This document shows, one piece after another, positions 29,542-38,576 of a stretch of DNA of 64,000 bases. Origin of the DNA: Deltaproteobacteria bacterium (GTDB lineage Bacteria > Desulfobacterota > Syntrophobacteria > BM002). A model generated the notes under the pieces. The model saw nothing but the letters and a program-made list of their open reading frames with translations, was not told the origin of the DNA and did no database searches. The DNA lies in contig JAJDNB010000014.1 of the NCBI GenBank assembly GCA_022340905.1, positions 1,227 to 65,226 on the forward strand, read 5' to 3'. Position 1 is the first letter of the stretch, and each line of letters starts with the position of its first letter. The position numbers and the translations under genes were made by a program.

Positions 29542-30279
29542 TCACATCAGCCCCACAGCCTGCCTCAGAGCTCGCACTTCGCTGGCTTTAAGTCTTCGAC
29601 TTTTGCCTGATTGCAGGTTGCCCAGGTCTATTGGGCCTATCTGAGTCCTGCGCAATTTCAGCACCGGACATCCAACAGCTGCACACATTCGTTTCACTTG
29701 ATGATTGCGCCCCTCCCTCAAGGTTAAGGTGAGCCAGGTTGCCTTGTTGTCATGTTCTAGAACACGCAACTCTGCAGGCGCGGTCACGCCGTCTTCCAGC
29801 CTAATTCCTTGCTGTAACCGGGTCAAACCGTCTTCACCTGGATGACCGCGCACCTTTACCATGTAGGTCTTGGGGACCTTATATCTTGGGTGCTGTAGCC
29901 GGTGAGCCAACTCGCCATCATTTGTCATCAACAGCAATCCTTCTACATCATAGTCCAGTCGCCCCACTGGATACACCCTCAGTGAGATACTTTTAACCAA
30001 ATCCGCCACCGTGGGTCTGCCCTGGGGATCCTGAAGGGTGGTTACATAATTTTTAGGCTTGAAAAGCGCCACAACCAACTTCTCAGTTGCGGGCTTGACT
30101 GCCTTGCCGTCCAGACAAATATCATCCTTACCCAAGACAGCTTTCGCCCCCAGTTCACTTACGACTCTCCCGTTGACAGACACCCGGCCCTGAAGTATTA
30201 GCTCCTCCGCCTTACGGCGAGAAGTAATCCCGGCTTTAGAAAGGATTTTTTGCAATCTCTCAGCCTGCATCTGACTCAT
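29542..30279 (-). CDS. rluB: RluB/RsuA-family rRNA pseudouridine synthase
   Basis: Has an N-terminal S4 RNA-binding domain (GITSRRKAEELILQGRVSVNG) and an RsuA catalytic core (VGRLDYDVEGLLLMTNDGELAHRL). It overlaps scpB by 20 nt. Confidence 0.85.
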   Translation of the reverse strand: MSQMQAERLQKILSKAGITSRRKAEELILQGRVSVNGRVVSELGAKAVLGKDDICLDGKAVKPATEKLVVALFKPKNYVTTLQDPQGRPTVADLVKSISLRVYPVGRLDYDVEGLLLMTNDGELAHRLQHPRYKVPKTYMVKVRGHPGEDGLTRLQQGIRLEDGVTAPAELRVLEHDNKATWLTLTLREGRNHQVKRMCAAVGCPVLKLRRTQIGPIDLGNLQSGKSRRLKASEVRALRQAVGLM

Positions 30280-30832
30280 GCGGTTTCCGTTGTTTTTCTC
30301 CTGGGCTTGCTTGTTCTATCAGCTCTTCCATTTCTTCCAGGGTAGGCAGTGAAGCGATGTCTTTAAGATTGAAAAACTCCAAAAACTTATGGGTAGTACC
30401 GTATATAATGGGGCGGCCTGGGACATTCTTGCGGCCTAAGATTTTGATGAGATTTTTCTCCAGAAGCAACCGCAGTATGCCACCAACATCCACTCCTCTA
30501 ATGCTTTCGATCTCCGATCTGAGAATGGGCTGCCTATAGGCAACGATAGCAAGAGTTTCCAAAGACGCCTGGCTCAACCTGGTTGGAATAATTTTCTTCA
30601 GTTTGCGAATCCAATCTCCATATTCCGGCTTAGTGCGAAACTGATATCCCTGCGCCACCTCGGCCAGGAAAAAACCGTGCCCGTGGTCAGCATACTCCTG
30701 GCGCAATTCCTCCAGTGCCTGGATTATTTCCCCGTGAGTGTGCATGGAGAGGATGGCCTTGATTTTTACCAGGCTCAGCGGAACCTCAGAGACGAAAAGA
30801 AGGCTTTCAATGATGGCACGCAGTTCTGCCAT
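30260..30832 (-). CDS. scpB: Segregation and condensation protein B
   Basis: ScpB signature: N-terminal AIIESLLFVSEVPLS, a tandem winged helix, and GRPIIYGTT. Confidence 0.9.
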   Translation of the reverse strand: MAELRAIIESLLFVSEVPLSLVKIKAILSMHTHGEIIQALEELRQEYADHGHGFFLAEVAQGYQFRTKPEYGDWIRKLKKIIPTRLSQASLETLAIVAYRQPILRSEIESIRGVDVGGILRLLLEKNLIKILGRKNVPGRPIIYGTTHKFLEFFNLKDIASLPTLEEMEELIEQASPGEKQRKPHESDAG

Positions 30833-30894
30833 ACAGCAATTCTCCTGACTTGTCTCAGAGCGGGATGTCTTTATAGCTCACAACAGCTTTGATG

Positions 30895-30990
30895 TGACCT
30901 GTGGGATTTAGCATGGGGCATAGAGCATAGGGCATAGAGTAAAAAACCTATTTCGCAATTTTAAATCTCGCATCTCAGATCTCACATCTC
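30895..30990. repeat. Left arm of an inverted repeat flanking scpA
   Basis: The sequence gcatggggcatagagcatagggcatagagtaaaaaacctatttcgcaattttaaatctcgcatctcagatctcacatctcg has its reverse complement at 31815..31900, near-perfect over about 70 bp. A third related copy lies at 44870..44975. Confidence 0.7.
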
Positions 30991-31024
30991 GTTTACCATA
31001 TCCCACATCAGATAGAAACTAGAC

Positions 31025-31771
31025 CTAGTGCGGGCCTGTCGCTATGTCACCATCAGCAGCAAGATAGAGCCGGATGATACCACTGGGTTGATGCTGAAAA
31101 GCCCGGACCATCCGCAAGCGCACCAGTTCAAGGATTGACAGAAAAGTAAGGATTATGTCCATCTTCCTAACTTTTCCCTGAAAAAGTTCGTGGAAGGTTA
31201 TACTGCTCACTCCCGACAAAACCTCCATAACTTGGGCTATTCTGTCCCTGAGCCGCATACCCTCTACATTCACTTCCATGAAATCTCCCGGTTCCGCCCT
31301 TTTTAAGACTTCTTGGAGGGCATTGACCAGGGCAAACAGGCCCACCTCCGCAATTTCCTCGCTTCCTTCCGTGCCCCACAACTCTTCGGTGGGGATGTTT
31401 CGCACATAGACATCCCGATCCAACTGCAGACTGTTTGCAAGAATTTGAGCGGCCTCTTTTATCTTGGCGTACTCCAGCAAGGGCCTCACCAATTCCATGC
31501 GCGGATCTTCCTCCAGGTCCTCTTCCTCAGAGCCAACCCGCGGCACCAGCATGCGTGATTTGATATAAGCCAAAGTGGCCGCCATTTCCAAAAACTCTCC
31601 AGCAACATCTATGTTGAGGCTTCTCATCATGTCCAGGTACTTCAGGTATTGGCCCATAATGAGTGCTATAGGGATGTCGTAGATGTCCACTTTGTTCTTT
31701 CTGATCAAATGGAGTAGCAGATCCATGGGACCTTCAAAAATTTCCAGTTTTATCTCATAATCTTGCAGCAT
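31025..31771 (-). CDS. scpA: Segregation and condensation protein A (kleisin)
   Basis: ScpA family: N-terminal FEGPMDLLLHLI and a winged-helix C-terminus. Length is 248 aa. Confidence 0.85.
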   Translation of the reverse strand: MLQDYEIKLEIFEGPMDLLLHLIRKNKVDIYDIPIALIMGQYLKYLDMMRSLNIDVAGEFLEMAATLAYIKSRMLVPRVGSEEEDLEEDPRMELVRPLLEYAKIKEAAQILANSLQLDRDVYVRNIPTEELWGTEGSEEIAEVGLFALVNALQEVLKRAEPGDFMEVNVEGMRLRDRIAQVMEVLSGVSSITFHELFQGKVRKMDIILTFLSILELVRLRMVRAFQHQPSGIIRLYLAADGDIATGPH

Positions 31772-31799
31772 GGCTCTCCGGCTTTATCTCCCTCGGGAT

Positions 31800-31915
31800 C
31801 TAAACTTATGTGTGATCTGAGATCTGAGATTTAAAATTGCGAAATAGGTTTTTTACTCTATGCCCTATGCTCTATGCCCCATGCTAAATCTCACATCTCA
31901 GATCACAGATCGGTT
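31800..31915. repeat. Right arm of the inverted repeat flanking scpA
   Basis: The sequence tgtgatctgagatctgagatttaaaattgcgaaataggttttttactctatgccctatgctctatgccccatgctaaatctcacatctcagatcacagatcg is the reverse complement of 30901..30985. Confidence 0.7.
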
Positions 31916-31957
31916 AATTCAAAATACTCAGCGCACGGGATTTTCACTTTCTCGCCT

Positions 31958-34597
31958 TCAGCTCTGACCTGCCTGCAAAAAATGCTGCTGAACAAACTCC
32001 ACCTCCTCTTCTCTGCTCGACAGCTCCCCATTCAGTCGGCCGTCCAGAAGTTGATTGAGGATCCGGCGGTAGACAGGTCCAGGTGTAATGCCCATATCCT
32101 TCAAGTCTTTACCGCGCAGTTTTGGCCGCACTTCTTTCAGATCGCGGAAATAGTGACTTATAGCACGTCGGGTTTCTTCCTGCTGGGATTTCGCCATTAT
32201 GAACAGTAACCACTCCGTACTGACGCTTTCCAATAGGTGGTAAATGTCGCTGGCTTTGAGGTCAGGTTTTCGGTAGAACACTTTGCCGACAGAAATAGCA
32301 TTTTCCCTCCCCTCTCCCAGCAAGCTTGCGAGGCGGGGCGGAAACTCCATCCTAACAATGAAATTTTCAAGCTCTGGGGGGGCCAAAGGATCAAGGAGAG
32401 CCAAAAGGTAAACCAGCCACCTGTCACAACCGTTTTTGATAAAGCTGAGATCGTACCAGGCAAGCACTGAGCCGATCTCTCTCAAAAGCCGCTCGACGGG
32501 AGGCCCGTAATGGATGTCAGGATGGAGAAAAGGCAACAGGTTATATTCATTCATTCTCTTGATCGCAGGAATGGGATCCTCCTCGCTGAGTATATACTTG
32601 AGCTCGTTTGTGAGTCGCCTGCCGCTCAACTCCACAAGCAGTTTCATCTTCACGGCGTTCTCAATCAAATTGGAGGTATGTTTCATAATGCGAAAACCCA
32701 AGCGTTGCTCATAACGGATCGCCCGGAGAACCCGCGTGGGATCCTCCACAAAGCTGTAATTGTGAAGAACCCTGATGGCCTTATCCTTGAAATCCCTCTG
32801 CGCTCCAAAATAATCTATCAGCTGACCGAACCTATCTGGATTCAACTCCACCGCCAGGGTGTTTATAGTGAAATCCCGTCGGTAAAGATCCAGTTTTAGA
32901 GAGCTCAGTTCAACTGTGGGCAAAGCCGCAGGGTATTCGTAATACTCCAGCCGGGCTGTGGCCACATCAATTTTGAAGCCGTCCGGAAAGATCACTACCG
33001 CCGTGCCGAACTTCTTATACGATCTCACCCGGGCATCATAGCTTTGAGCAAAATCCTTGGCAAAGACAATTCCGTCGCCTTCCACCACAATATCAATGTC
33101 CAGGTTGGGACGTCGCAACATGAGGTCGCGGATGAAACCTCCCACTGCGTAAGCTCTGTAATCATGCTTTGCGGCAACCCTTCCAGCTTCCTGCAATATT
33201 TCGTTTATCTGGCGGGGCAACTGTTCTCTCATTACATTAGAGACATTTTTGCGCCGTTTTTTCTCTGTCTGCTGGACCGGTTCGTAGACGTAGGTGGGAA
33301 TACGACTCGGATCGTGTAAAAGCGTGTTGAGCAGATCCTTGCGGGTAATAACTCCAACCACCTTACGATCCTCCACCACGGGAAGCAATCGCTGCTGCAG
33401 ATCCACCAAGTGCTCCTGAATTTCAATCAAAGAAGCATTAGGGGATACGCTAGTGAATTCTGTCCCCATGAACTCACTTACAGCCACGTTCTTGAAACCG
33501 TGATATATGCCTTTGTCTATCATTTGACGGGATAGTATGCCCACCAAGCGTTCCCCGTCCAGCACCGGAGCAGCGTTGATGTTGTAACGCGTTAGCAGGT
33601 CAGCGGCCTCTTGCAAGCTAAGGCTGGGTGATACGGAGATGACCGGGGACGACATCAGGTTTTTCGCCCTTTGCTTAGGATTAATCCAGCTCTGGAGAAT
33701 TCGAAAAAGTTCTTCCTCAACCTGGATCAGGGTGAGGTCTTTTATGGTTGCCGAGGCAGCACTGGAGTGGCCACCTCCGCCAAAGACCGCAGCGATCTCT
33801 CCCACGTTAACTTCAGGCAACCGGCTACGCGCCACCATGTATATACGATCTTCCATTCGGGCAAGGGCAAAGAGAACATTGAGGTTTTCCATGTCCATAA
33901 GCTTATGAACCAGTAGGGCAAAATCGCCGATGTACTTATCCACGGAAGCCCGGGCCATGCAAACGGGGATGGTGTTGATAGTGTGCGATGTGGCCGAGTG
34001 GATCAGATCATTTAGAAGCGAAATTTGCTCTGCTGTCAACTCACGAGTGAGCATATCAGATACCAAATTAAGATTTGCTCCCTGGGTGAGAAGAAAGCGG
34101 GCGGCTTCGTAGTCCTCTGGAGTAGTGGATGAAAAGGTAAATGAACCGGTATCTTCGTAAATACCCAAGGTGAGGATGGTGGCCTCATCGGGGGTGAGCT
34201 GAATGCCACGCTCCCTGATGAGTTCGGTGAGGATGGTAACCGTAGCCCCGACCGGCTTTACCACCTCAATGGATCCAGAGACATCATCTTCAGAATCGGG
34301 GTGATGATCATATATGTGGATGTCGACTTTTTTCTCTTTTACCGCCTTTTCGAATTTACCGATACGTCCCGCCTGTCTGGTATCGACCAGAATGAGACGG
34401 CTAATTTTAGTGAATTCCACATCTCTTATTTTGGCAAAATCAAAAAAGTAGAAAGTGGATTCCACCAAAAACTCTCGGAGGTTGTGTTCCTGCGAGCCTG
34501 GAAACACCATGACTGCCTCTGGATACAGTTTTTTTGCGGCAATCATGGACGCCATGGCGTCGAAGTCGGCATTTATGTGAGTGGTTATGATTTCCAC
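31958..34597 (-). CDS. Multidomain DHH/DHHA1 phosphoesterase - CBS pair - polyA-polymerase/CCA-adding tRNA nucleotidyltransferase fusion
   Basis: The N-terminus has DHH (THINADFDAMASMIAA) and DHHA1 (GGGGHSSAASAT) domains. A central CBS pair follows, then a nucleotidyltransferase head (AYAVGGFIRDLMLRRPNLDIDIVVEGDG) and a C-terminal HD-like region. Length is 879 aa. Confidence 0.8.
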   Translation of the reverse strand: MEIITTHINADFDAMASMIAAKKLYPEAVMVFPGSQEHNLREFLVESTFYFFDFAKIRDVEFTKISRLILVDTRQAGRIGKFEKAVKEKKVDIHIYDHHPDSEDDVSGSIEVVKPVGATVTILTELIRERGIQLTPDEATILTLGIYEDTGSFTFSSTTPEDYEAARFLLTQGANLNLVSDMLTRELTAEQISLLNDLIHSATSHTINTIPVCMARASVDKYIGDFALLVHKLMDMENLNVLFALARMEDRIYMVARSRLPEVNVGEIAAVFGGGGHSSAASATIKDLTLIQVEEELFRILQSWINPKQRAKNLMSSPVISVSPSLSLQEAADLLTRYNINAAPVLDGERLVGILSRQMIDKGIYHGFKNVAVSEFMGTEFTSVSPNASLIEIQEHLVDLQQRLLPVVEDRKVVGVITRKDLLNTLLHDPSRIPTYVYEPVQQTEKKRRKNVSNVMREQLPRQINEILQEAGRVAAKHDYRAYAVGGFIRDLMLRRPNLDIDIVVEGDGIVFAKDFAQSYDARVRSYKKFGTAVVIFPDGFKIDVATARLEYYEYPAALPTVELSSLKLDLYRRDFTINTLAVELNPDRFGQLIDYFGAQRDFKDKAIRVLHNYSFVEDPTRVLRAIRYEQRLGFRIMKHTSNLIENAVKMKLLVELSGRRLTNELKYILSEEDPIPAIKRMNEYNLLPFLHPDIHYGPPVERLLREIGSVLAWYDLSFIKNGCDRWLVYLLALLDPLAPPELENFIVRMEFPPRLASLLGEGRENAISVGKVFYRKPDLKASDIYHLLESVSTEWLLFIMAKSQQEETRRAISHYFRDLKEVRPKLRGKDLKDMGITPGPVYRRILNQLLDGRLNGELSSREEEVEFVQQHFLQAGQS

Positions 34598-34604
34598 CAG
34601 TTCA

Positions 34605-34800
34605 GCTCTTATTGTTTAACTAAGCATAGGGCATAGCGATAAAATTTCGAAATTCGAATTTCGAAATTCGAAATTAAAAATCCCCAATCCTCAATCCCAA
34701 ATCCCATCTTCTCCCTATTACAACAAATGGCAGCGAAGCGTAATGACCTAATGACGCCGAAGGCAAGTGACCTGCAGCGCTAGCTGCTCTACGCCCGCGG
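34605..34800. repeat. Mosaic intergenic repeat block including an inverted copy of the gcgtcatttgccttcggcgtcatta element
   Basis: Contains catagggcatagcg, aaatttcgaaattcgaatttcgaaattcgaaattaaaaatccccaatcctcaatcccaaatccc, then gcagcgaagcgtaatgacctaatgacgccgaaggcaagtgacctgcagcgc. That last run is the reverse complement of 4545..4612 and 47371..47430, and it overlaps the xerD stop. Confidence 0.6.
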
Positions 34801-35703
34801 GTGGTACTTCCTGTGCACCTCTCTCAGTCTCTCCCTGGCCACATGAGTGTAGATCTGCGTGGTGCTGATGTCGGCGTGTCCGAGCATCATTTGCACTGAA
34901 CGCAAATCGGCCCCACGCTCGAGGAGATGGGTGGCAAAAGAGTGCCTCAAGCTATGGGGGGTCAGATCTTTATTGAGACCAGCTTCACGTCCATATTTTT
35001 TGATTAACTTCCAAAACCCCTGCCTGGTCATTGACGTTCCTCGATTGGTCACAAAAAGGATCTCAGTCATCCTTCCTTTTAATAAGCGAGGGCGGGACTC
35101 CAACACATAGCGCCGCACGGCCTCCGTAGCGGCCTCACCCGCTGGAACGATGCGTTCTTTGGATCCTTTTCCCAGCACAACCAGAAAACCGACCTCGAGG
35201 TTGACCCTCCCCAACGTGAGGCTGACCAACTCTGAAACTCGCAGTCCGGTTCCGTAGAGAAGCTCGAGCATGGCAGCGTCTCTCTGACCCAACGGCAATC
35301 TGGTGTCGGGGCGAACCAGAAGTCGTTCTACTTCAGCAACACTCAACACAGACGGAAGCTGGCGCCGGAGTCGGGGAGAGGTTAAGTTTGCCACCGGACT
35401 CTCTTTCAGGTGGCTGTCCCGTACCATAAATTTAAAAAAGCCACGGAGGGCCGAAAGTAGTCTCGCCCTGCTTCTAGGGGCCAAACCCTCTTTCTGGGCG
35501 TGGGAAAGGAAACCCATGATCTCGGAGTAACCAACCTGACTCCAACTACTCATCCCCTGCTCTCTGAGGTAATTCATAAATTTTAGCAAATCAGCACTGT
35601 AGGAGGCTCGGGTATTAGAGGCAAGACCTTTTTCTACGGTGAGGTAGTCCAAGTAAAGATCAAGCTGGGTATCCATGGTCATTGGTTGTTCCGCAGTCAA
35701 CAT
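34789..35703 (-). CDS. xerD: Tyrosine recombinase XerD/XerC (chromosome dimer resolution)
   Basis: Phage-integrase fold with the catalytic block HSLRHSFATHLLERGADLRSVQMMLGHADISTTQIYTHV. Co-located with scpAB. Confidence 0.88.
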   Translation of the reverse strand: MLTAEQPMTMDTQLDLYLDYLTVEKGLASNTRASYSADLLKFMNYLREQGMSSWSQVGYSEIMGFLSHAQKEGLAPRSRARLLSALRGFFKFMVRDSHLKESPVANLTSPRLRRQLPSVLSVAEVERLLVRPDTRLPLGQRDAAMLELLYGTGLRVSELVSLTLGRVNLEVGFLVVLGKGSKERIVPAGEAATEAVRRYVLESRPRLLKGRMTEILFVTNRGTSMTRQGFWKLIKKYGREAGLNKDLTPHSLRHSFATHLLERGADLRSVQMMLGHADISTTQIYTHVARERLREVHRKYHPRA

Positions 35704-35819
35704 ATTTTGTGAAGGGGAAGTTTCTGTTTACCCTCACATAATTCTATTTTTCCTAAAATCGTCGAGAACATAGCAAATGGACCTTGCAGAGTCAACTGCT
35801 AACGGGTCTCGCAACAAGC

Positions 35820-36000
35820 GGTTCGAGGGAGAGAAGGCTCTGGTCAATTGGTCGATCTGTCAAATGGTCAAAAGGTTAAATGGTTAATTCGTAGAAATCG
35901 TAGAAATCGTTAAAACCGTTGAAATCGTTCAAGTCGTGAATGGTAGATAATAAACGGTCAATTACTTGCCTATTTGACCAATTCCCTATTTGACTACTTG
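35820..36000. repeat. Mosaic intergenic repeat block
   Basis: Contains ggtcaattggtcgatctgtcaaatggtcaaaaggttaaatggttaattcgtagaaatcgtagaaatcgttaaaaccgttgaaatcgttcaagtcgtgaatgg...cggtcaattacttgcctatttgaccaattccctatttgactacttgacgacttgac. Confidence 0.6.
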
Positions 36001-36014
36001 ACGACTTGACTTGC

Positions 36015-36183
36015 TGTCCTCTGTCCTCTGTCATCTGTCGTCTGTCATCTGTCATCTGTCATCTGTCGTCTGCCATCTGTCGTCTGTCATCTGTCATCTG
36101 TCATCTGTCATCTGTCATCTGTCGTCTGTCATCTGTCGTCTGTCATCTGTCGTCTGTCATCTGTCCTCTGTCATCTGACCTCT
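36015..36183. repeat. Microsatellite: about 21 tandem copies of the 8-mer gtc(a/g/c)tctg
   Basis: gtcctctgtcctctgtcatctgtcgtctgtcatctgtcatctgtcatctgtcgtctgccatctgtcg... located in the divergent xerD/nrnA intergenic region. Track ORF 36006..36209 (SSVICRLSSVICHL...) is its translation. Confidence 0.85.
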
Positions 36184-36312
36184 GGCCTCCATGCCCCATG
36201 CTAACATAGGAAAAATGCGCTTGACCTGGGCCCTCGCTTATGGCACTGTTGAGTAGTTGTCGACACAATCTTCAACTTGCTGATATATTTAGAAAAATAG
36301 AGAGACTACGAC

Positions 36313-37335
36313 ATGGCCGTCAACAATCCGCGACTCCGCTCCGCAAAACCTCGATCTATCAGCGAAAACCTCAACAAGCTCTTGAAACTCTTTGATTCCA
36401 AAGACCGTGTTCTCATTACTATTGATGCCGACCCTGACTCTTTGGCATCCGCCATGGCCCTAAAACGGCTCCTGTGGCGCAAAGCTCAATCAGTCACCAT
36501 TGCTCACTTCAATGAAATTGTTCGGTTCGACAACGCCACTATGGTTCGGCTTTTAAAGATCCCTTTGGTCAAGCTTCAACAGGTTGATCCCAAAGATTTC
36601 TCCAAAGTCCTTCTTGTCGATAGCCAACCCCACCATCATGAGGCCTTCGGTGATTTTACTTACGACGGCGTCATAGATCACCATCCCGTAACCATGCCTG
36701 TGGAAGCTGAATTTGTGGACATCCGGCCCAACTACGGCGCGACCGCCAGCATAATGACCGAATATTTGCGTTCTGCCAAAATTCGCCCATCCAAGAGTCT
36801 TGCCACCGCCCTTCTTTATGCCATCCGGGTGGACACTCACAATTTTGAGTTACAGGCATTGGAAGAGGACGTGAAGGCCTTTCGCTATATTTTCCCCTTG
36901 GCCAACATGAACTTGCTGCGGAAAATAGAGATGTCCGATATGGGGATCAAAGATCTTAGATATTTCCAGCAGGCTTTGGATAACAAGCGGATTACAAAAG
37001 GCAAGATCTTCTCCCATCTCGACACTGTTCACTCAACAGATATCCTCGTATTGGTTGCGGATTTTTTTATGAGATGTCACGAGGTGGCCTGGACAATAGT
37101 TTCAGGAGTTTGCAACAAAAACCTGGTGGTGGTGATACGCAACGATGGGTTTAGAAAAAACGCCGGAAACTGGGCGATTAAGGCCTTCGGCAAGCTGGGA
37201 AGTGCCGGTGGTCATCGGGCCATGGCTCGCGCTGAAATCCCTATGGCCAATCTCGATTCCCACCTCACTAAAGCCGAGGTTTCTAATCTCGGCCGCTTTG
37301 TAATCCGCCAGTTTAAGAAGAGCGTTGAGAGCTAG
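36313..37335 (+). CDS. nrnA: DHH-family phosphoesterase NrnA (bifunctional oligoribonuclease / pAp phosphatase)
   Basis: Has DHH motifs (ITIDADPDSLASAMAL; DHHP) and a DHHA1 C-terminus (GSAGGHRAMA). Length is 340 aa. Confidence 0.8.
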   Translation: MAVNNPRLRSAKPRSISENLNKLLKLFDSKDRVLITIDADPDSLASAMALKRLLWRKAQSVTIAHFNEIVRFDNATMVRLLKIPLVKLQQVDPKDFSKVLLVDSQPHHHEAFGDFTYDGVIDHHPVTMPVEAEFVDIRPNYGATASIMTEYLRSAKIRPSKSLATALLYAIRVDTHNFELQALEEDVKAFRYIFPLANMNLLRKIEMSDMGIKDLRYFQQALDNKRITKGKIFSHLDTVHSTDILVLVADFFMRCHEVAWTIVSGVCNKNLVVVIRNDGFRKNAGNWAIKAFGKLGSAGGHRAMARAEIPMANLDSHLTKAEVSNLGRFVIRQFKKSVES

Positions 37336-37396
37336 CCTGGATATTTCATGAATCAATTCAACAAATATCCAGGCCAGGAGAGGAGGAAAAAGGGGT

Positions 37397-37645
37397 TTAG
37401 TTTTTTTCCCTGTTTGCTTGGTTGGTCAAACCCGCAGCTATTTTTTCGGTGTGATACATCATCTCTTGAATATGCTTGTCCTTTTTCTCTAGCCGCTGCT
37501 TGAGAGTTCGATTTTCTTGCCGTAATTTAGTGGCTTCCGACCTGGCAAAGAAGCCGCGAATCTTTCCATAGATCAGTGTTCCAACCACCCCGACAACGGC
37601 TCCCAGAGCAGTACCTATCCAAAAATAGAAGCTGGGATTTTCCAC
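37397..37645 (-). CDS. Small membrane-anchored coiled-coil protein (hypothetical)
   Basis: A single N-terminal TM (FYFWIGTALGAVVGVVGTLIYG) precedes a charged coiled-coil tail. Length is 82 aa. Confidence 0.45.
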   Translation of the reverse strand: MENPSFYFWIGTALGAVVGVVGTLIYGKIRGFFARSEATKLRQENRTLKQRLEKKDKHIQEMMYHTEKIAAGLTNQANREKN

Positions 37646-37800
37646 CAGATATGACCCTCATTCCATATAGTTAAAGTTCAAACTGCAAGCATCAATTCCC
37701 AAGGTTTCAGCTATTCGCAGAGCGCTAAGCGCGTAGCGTTGTGTCAACTAGTCGATTCGTCGAATGGTAAAATCGTTAAAACCGTAACCGGTGATAGGAG

Positions 37801-38550
37801 TTAACCCTTTTTAGAATTACCGGCAACCATGGGCAAACGTTTGCGCAAAAGCACATACATAGCCCCGGCGCCGCCGTCACAGGGTTGCGCCGTAGCAAAT
37901 GCGAGAACCAAACGCTTTAGTTGACCACGTTTGAGCCAACTTGACATACGTTCTTTGAGAACCGGCATTTGATCCCGTGAATTGAGTCCCCGGCCGTGGA
38001 TGATGAGAACACATCGGAGCCCTTTGATCACACTGGAGAGGACAAATCGTTCCACAGCCTTCCTGGCCTCGGCTGTCGTCATACCGTGGAGATCAAAATG
38101 TGCCTGAATGGAAAAATCACCCCGCCGCAACTTCGGTAACAGCTCAGGATCAGTTCCTGCGACCGCGCCCTCGATATACTCGTCCGTATATTGAATATCA
38201 AAACTTCCATCCCCGCTAACCAGATCAACCAGCTGAGCATAGGCCTCCAGTTCTTCCTCCAGCATCGGTCGCCGACTGGGCTTGGCCAGCGGGCCAGGCT
38301 TTCTCGGTTCCACTGTGTTGCAGGTGAGAGTCTCCACACCAGTCATTGCTTCTCGGAACAAATGATCTTCTTCTTGAAGGCCGACTTTCTCTGTTTCAAC
38401 TTCATCGCTTGATGATGACGGTTGGATTTCTCCCTGTTTCAGCATTTCATCTAACCCGGCGAAAGGGGTATTGAAGTTCTCGTCGGATACCGGGTTAGAG
38501 GTAGCAGAGTTCTTCTGTTTGCGTCTCTTTTTCATCGCGAACTCGCACAA
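37801..38550 (-). CDS. Smr (MutS2 C-terminal-like) domain protein
   Basis: The C-terminal Smr domain reads LHGMTTAEARKAVERFV...LIIHGRG, as in small MutS-related nicking endonuclease domains. Confidence 0.75.
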   Translation of the reverse strand: MCEFAMKKRRKQKNSATSNPVSDENFNTPFAGLDEMLKQGEIQPSSSSDEVETEKVGLQEEDHLFREAMTGVETLTCNTVEPRKPGPLAKPSRRPMLEEELEAYAQLVDLVSGDGSFDIQYTDEYIEGAVAGTDPELLPKLRRGDFSIQAHFDLHGMTTAEARKAVERFVLSSVIKGLRCVLIIHGRGLNSRDQMPVLKERMSSWLKRGQLKRLVLAFATAQPCDGGAGAMYVLLRKRLPMVAGNSKKG

Positions 38551-38576
38551 ATATTATTCTTTTATAGCATAGGAGA

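Noticed and set aside
36006-36209. Track ORF translating to SSVICRLSSVICHLSSAICRL…
   Set aside because: It is simply the translation of the gtcatctg microsatellite. It has no start context and is not coding.
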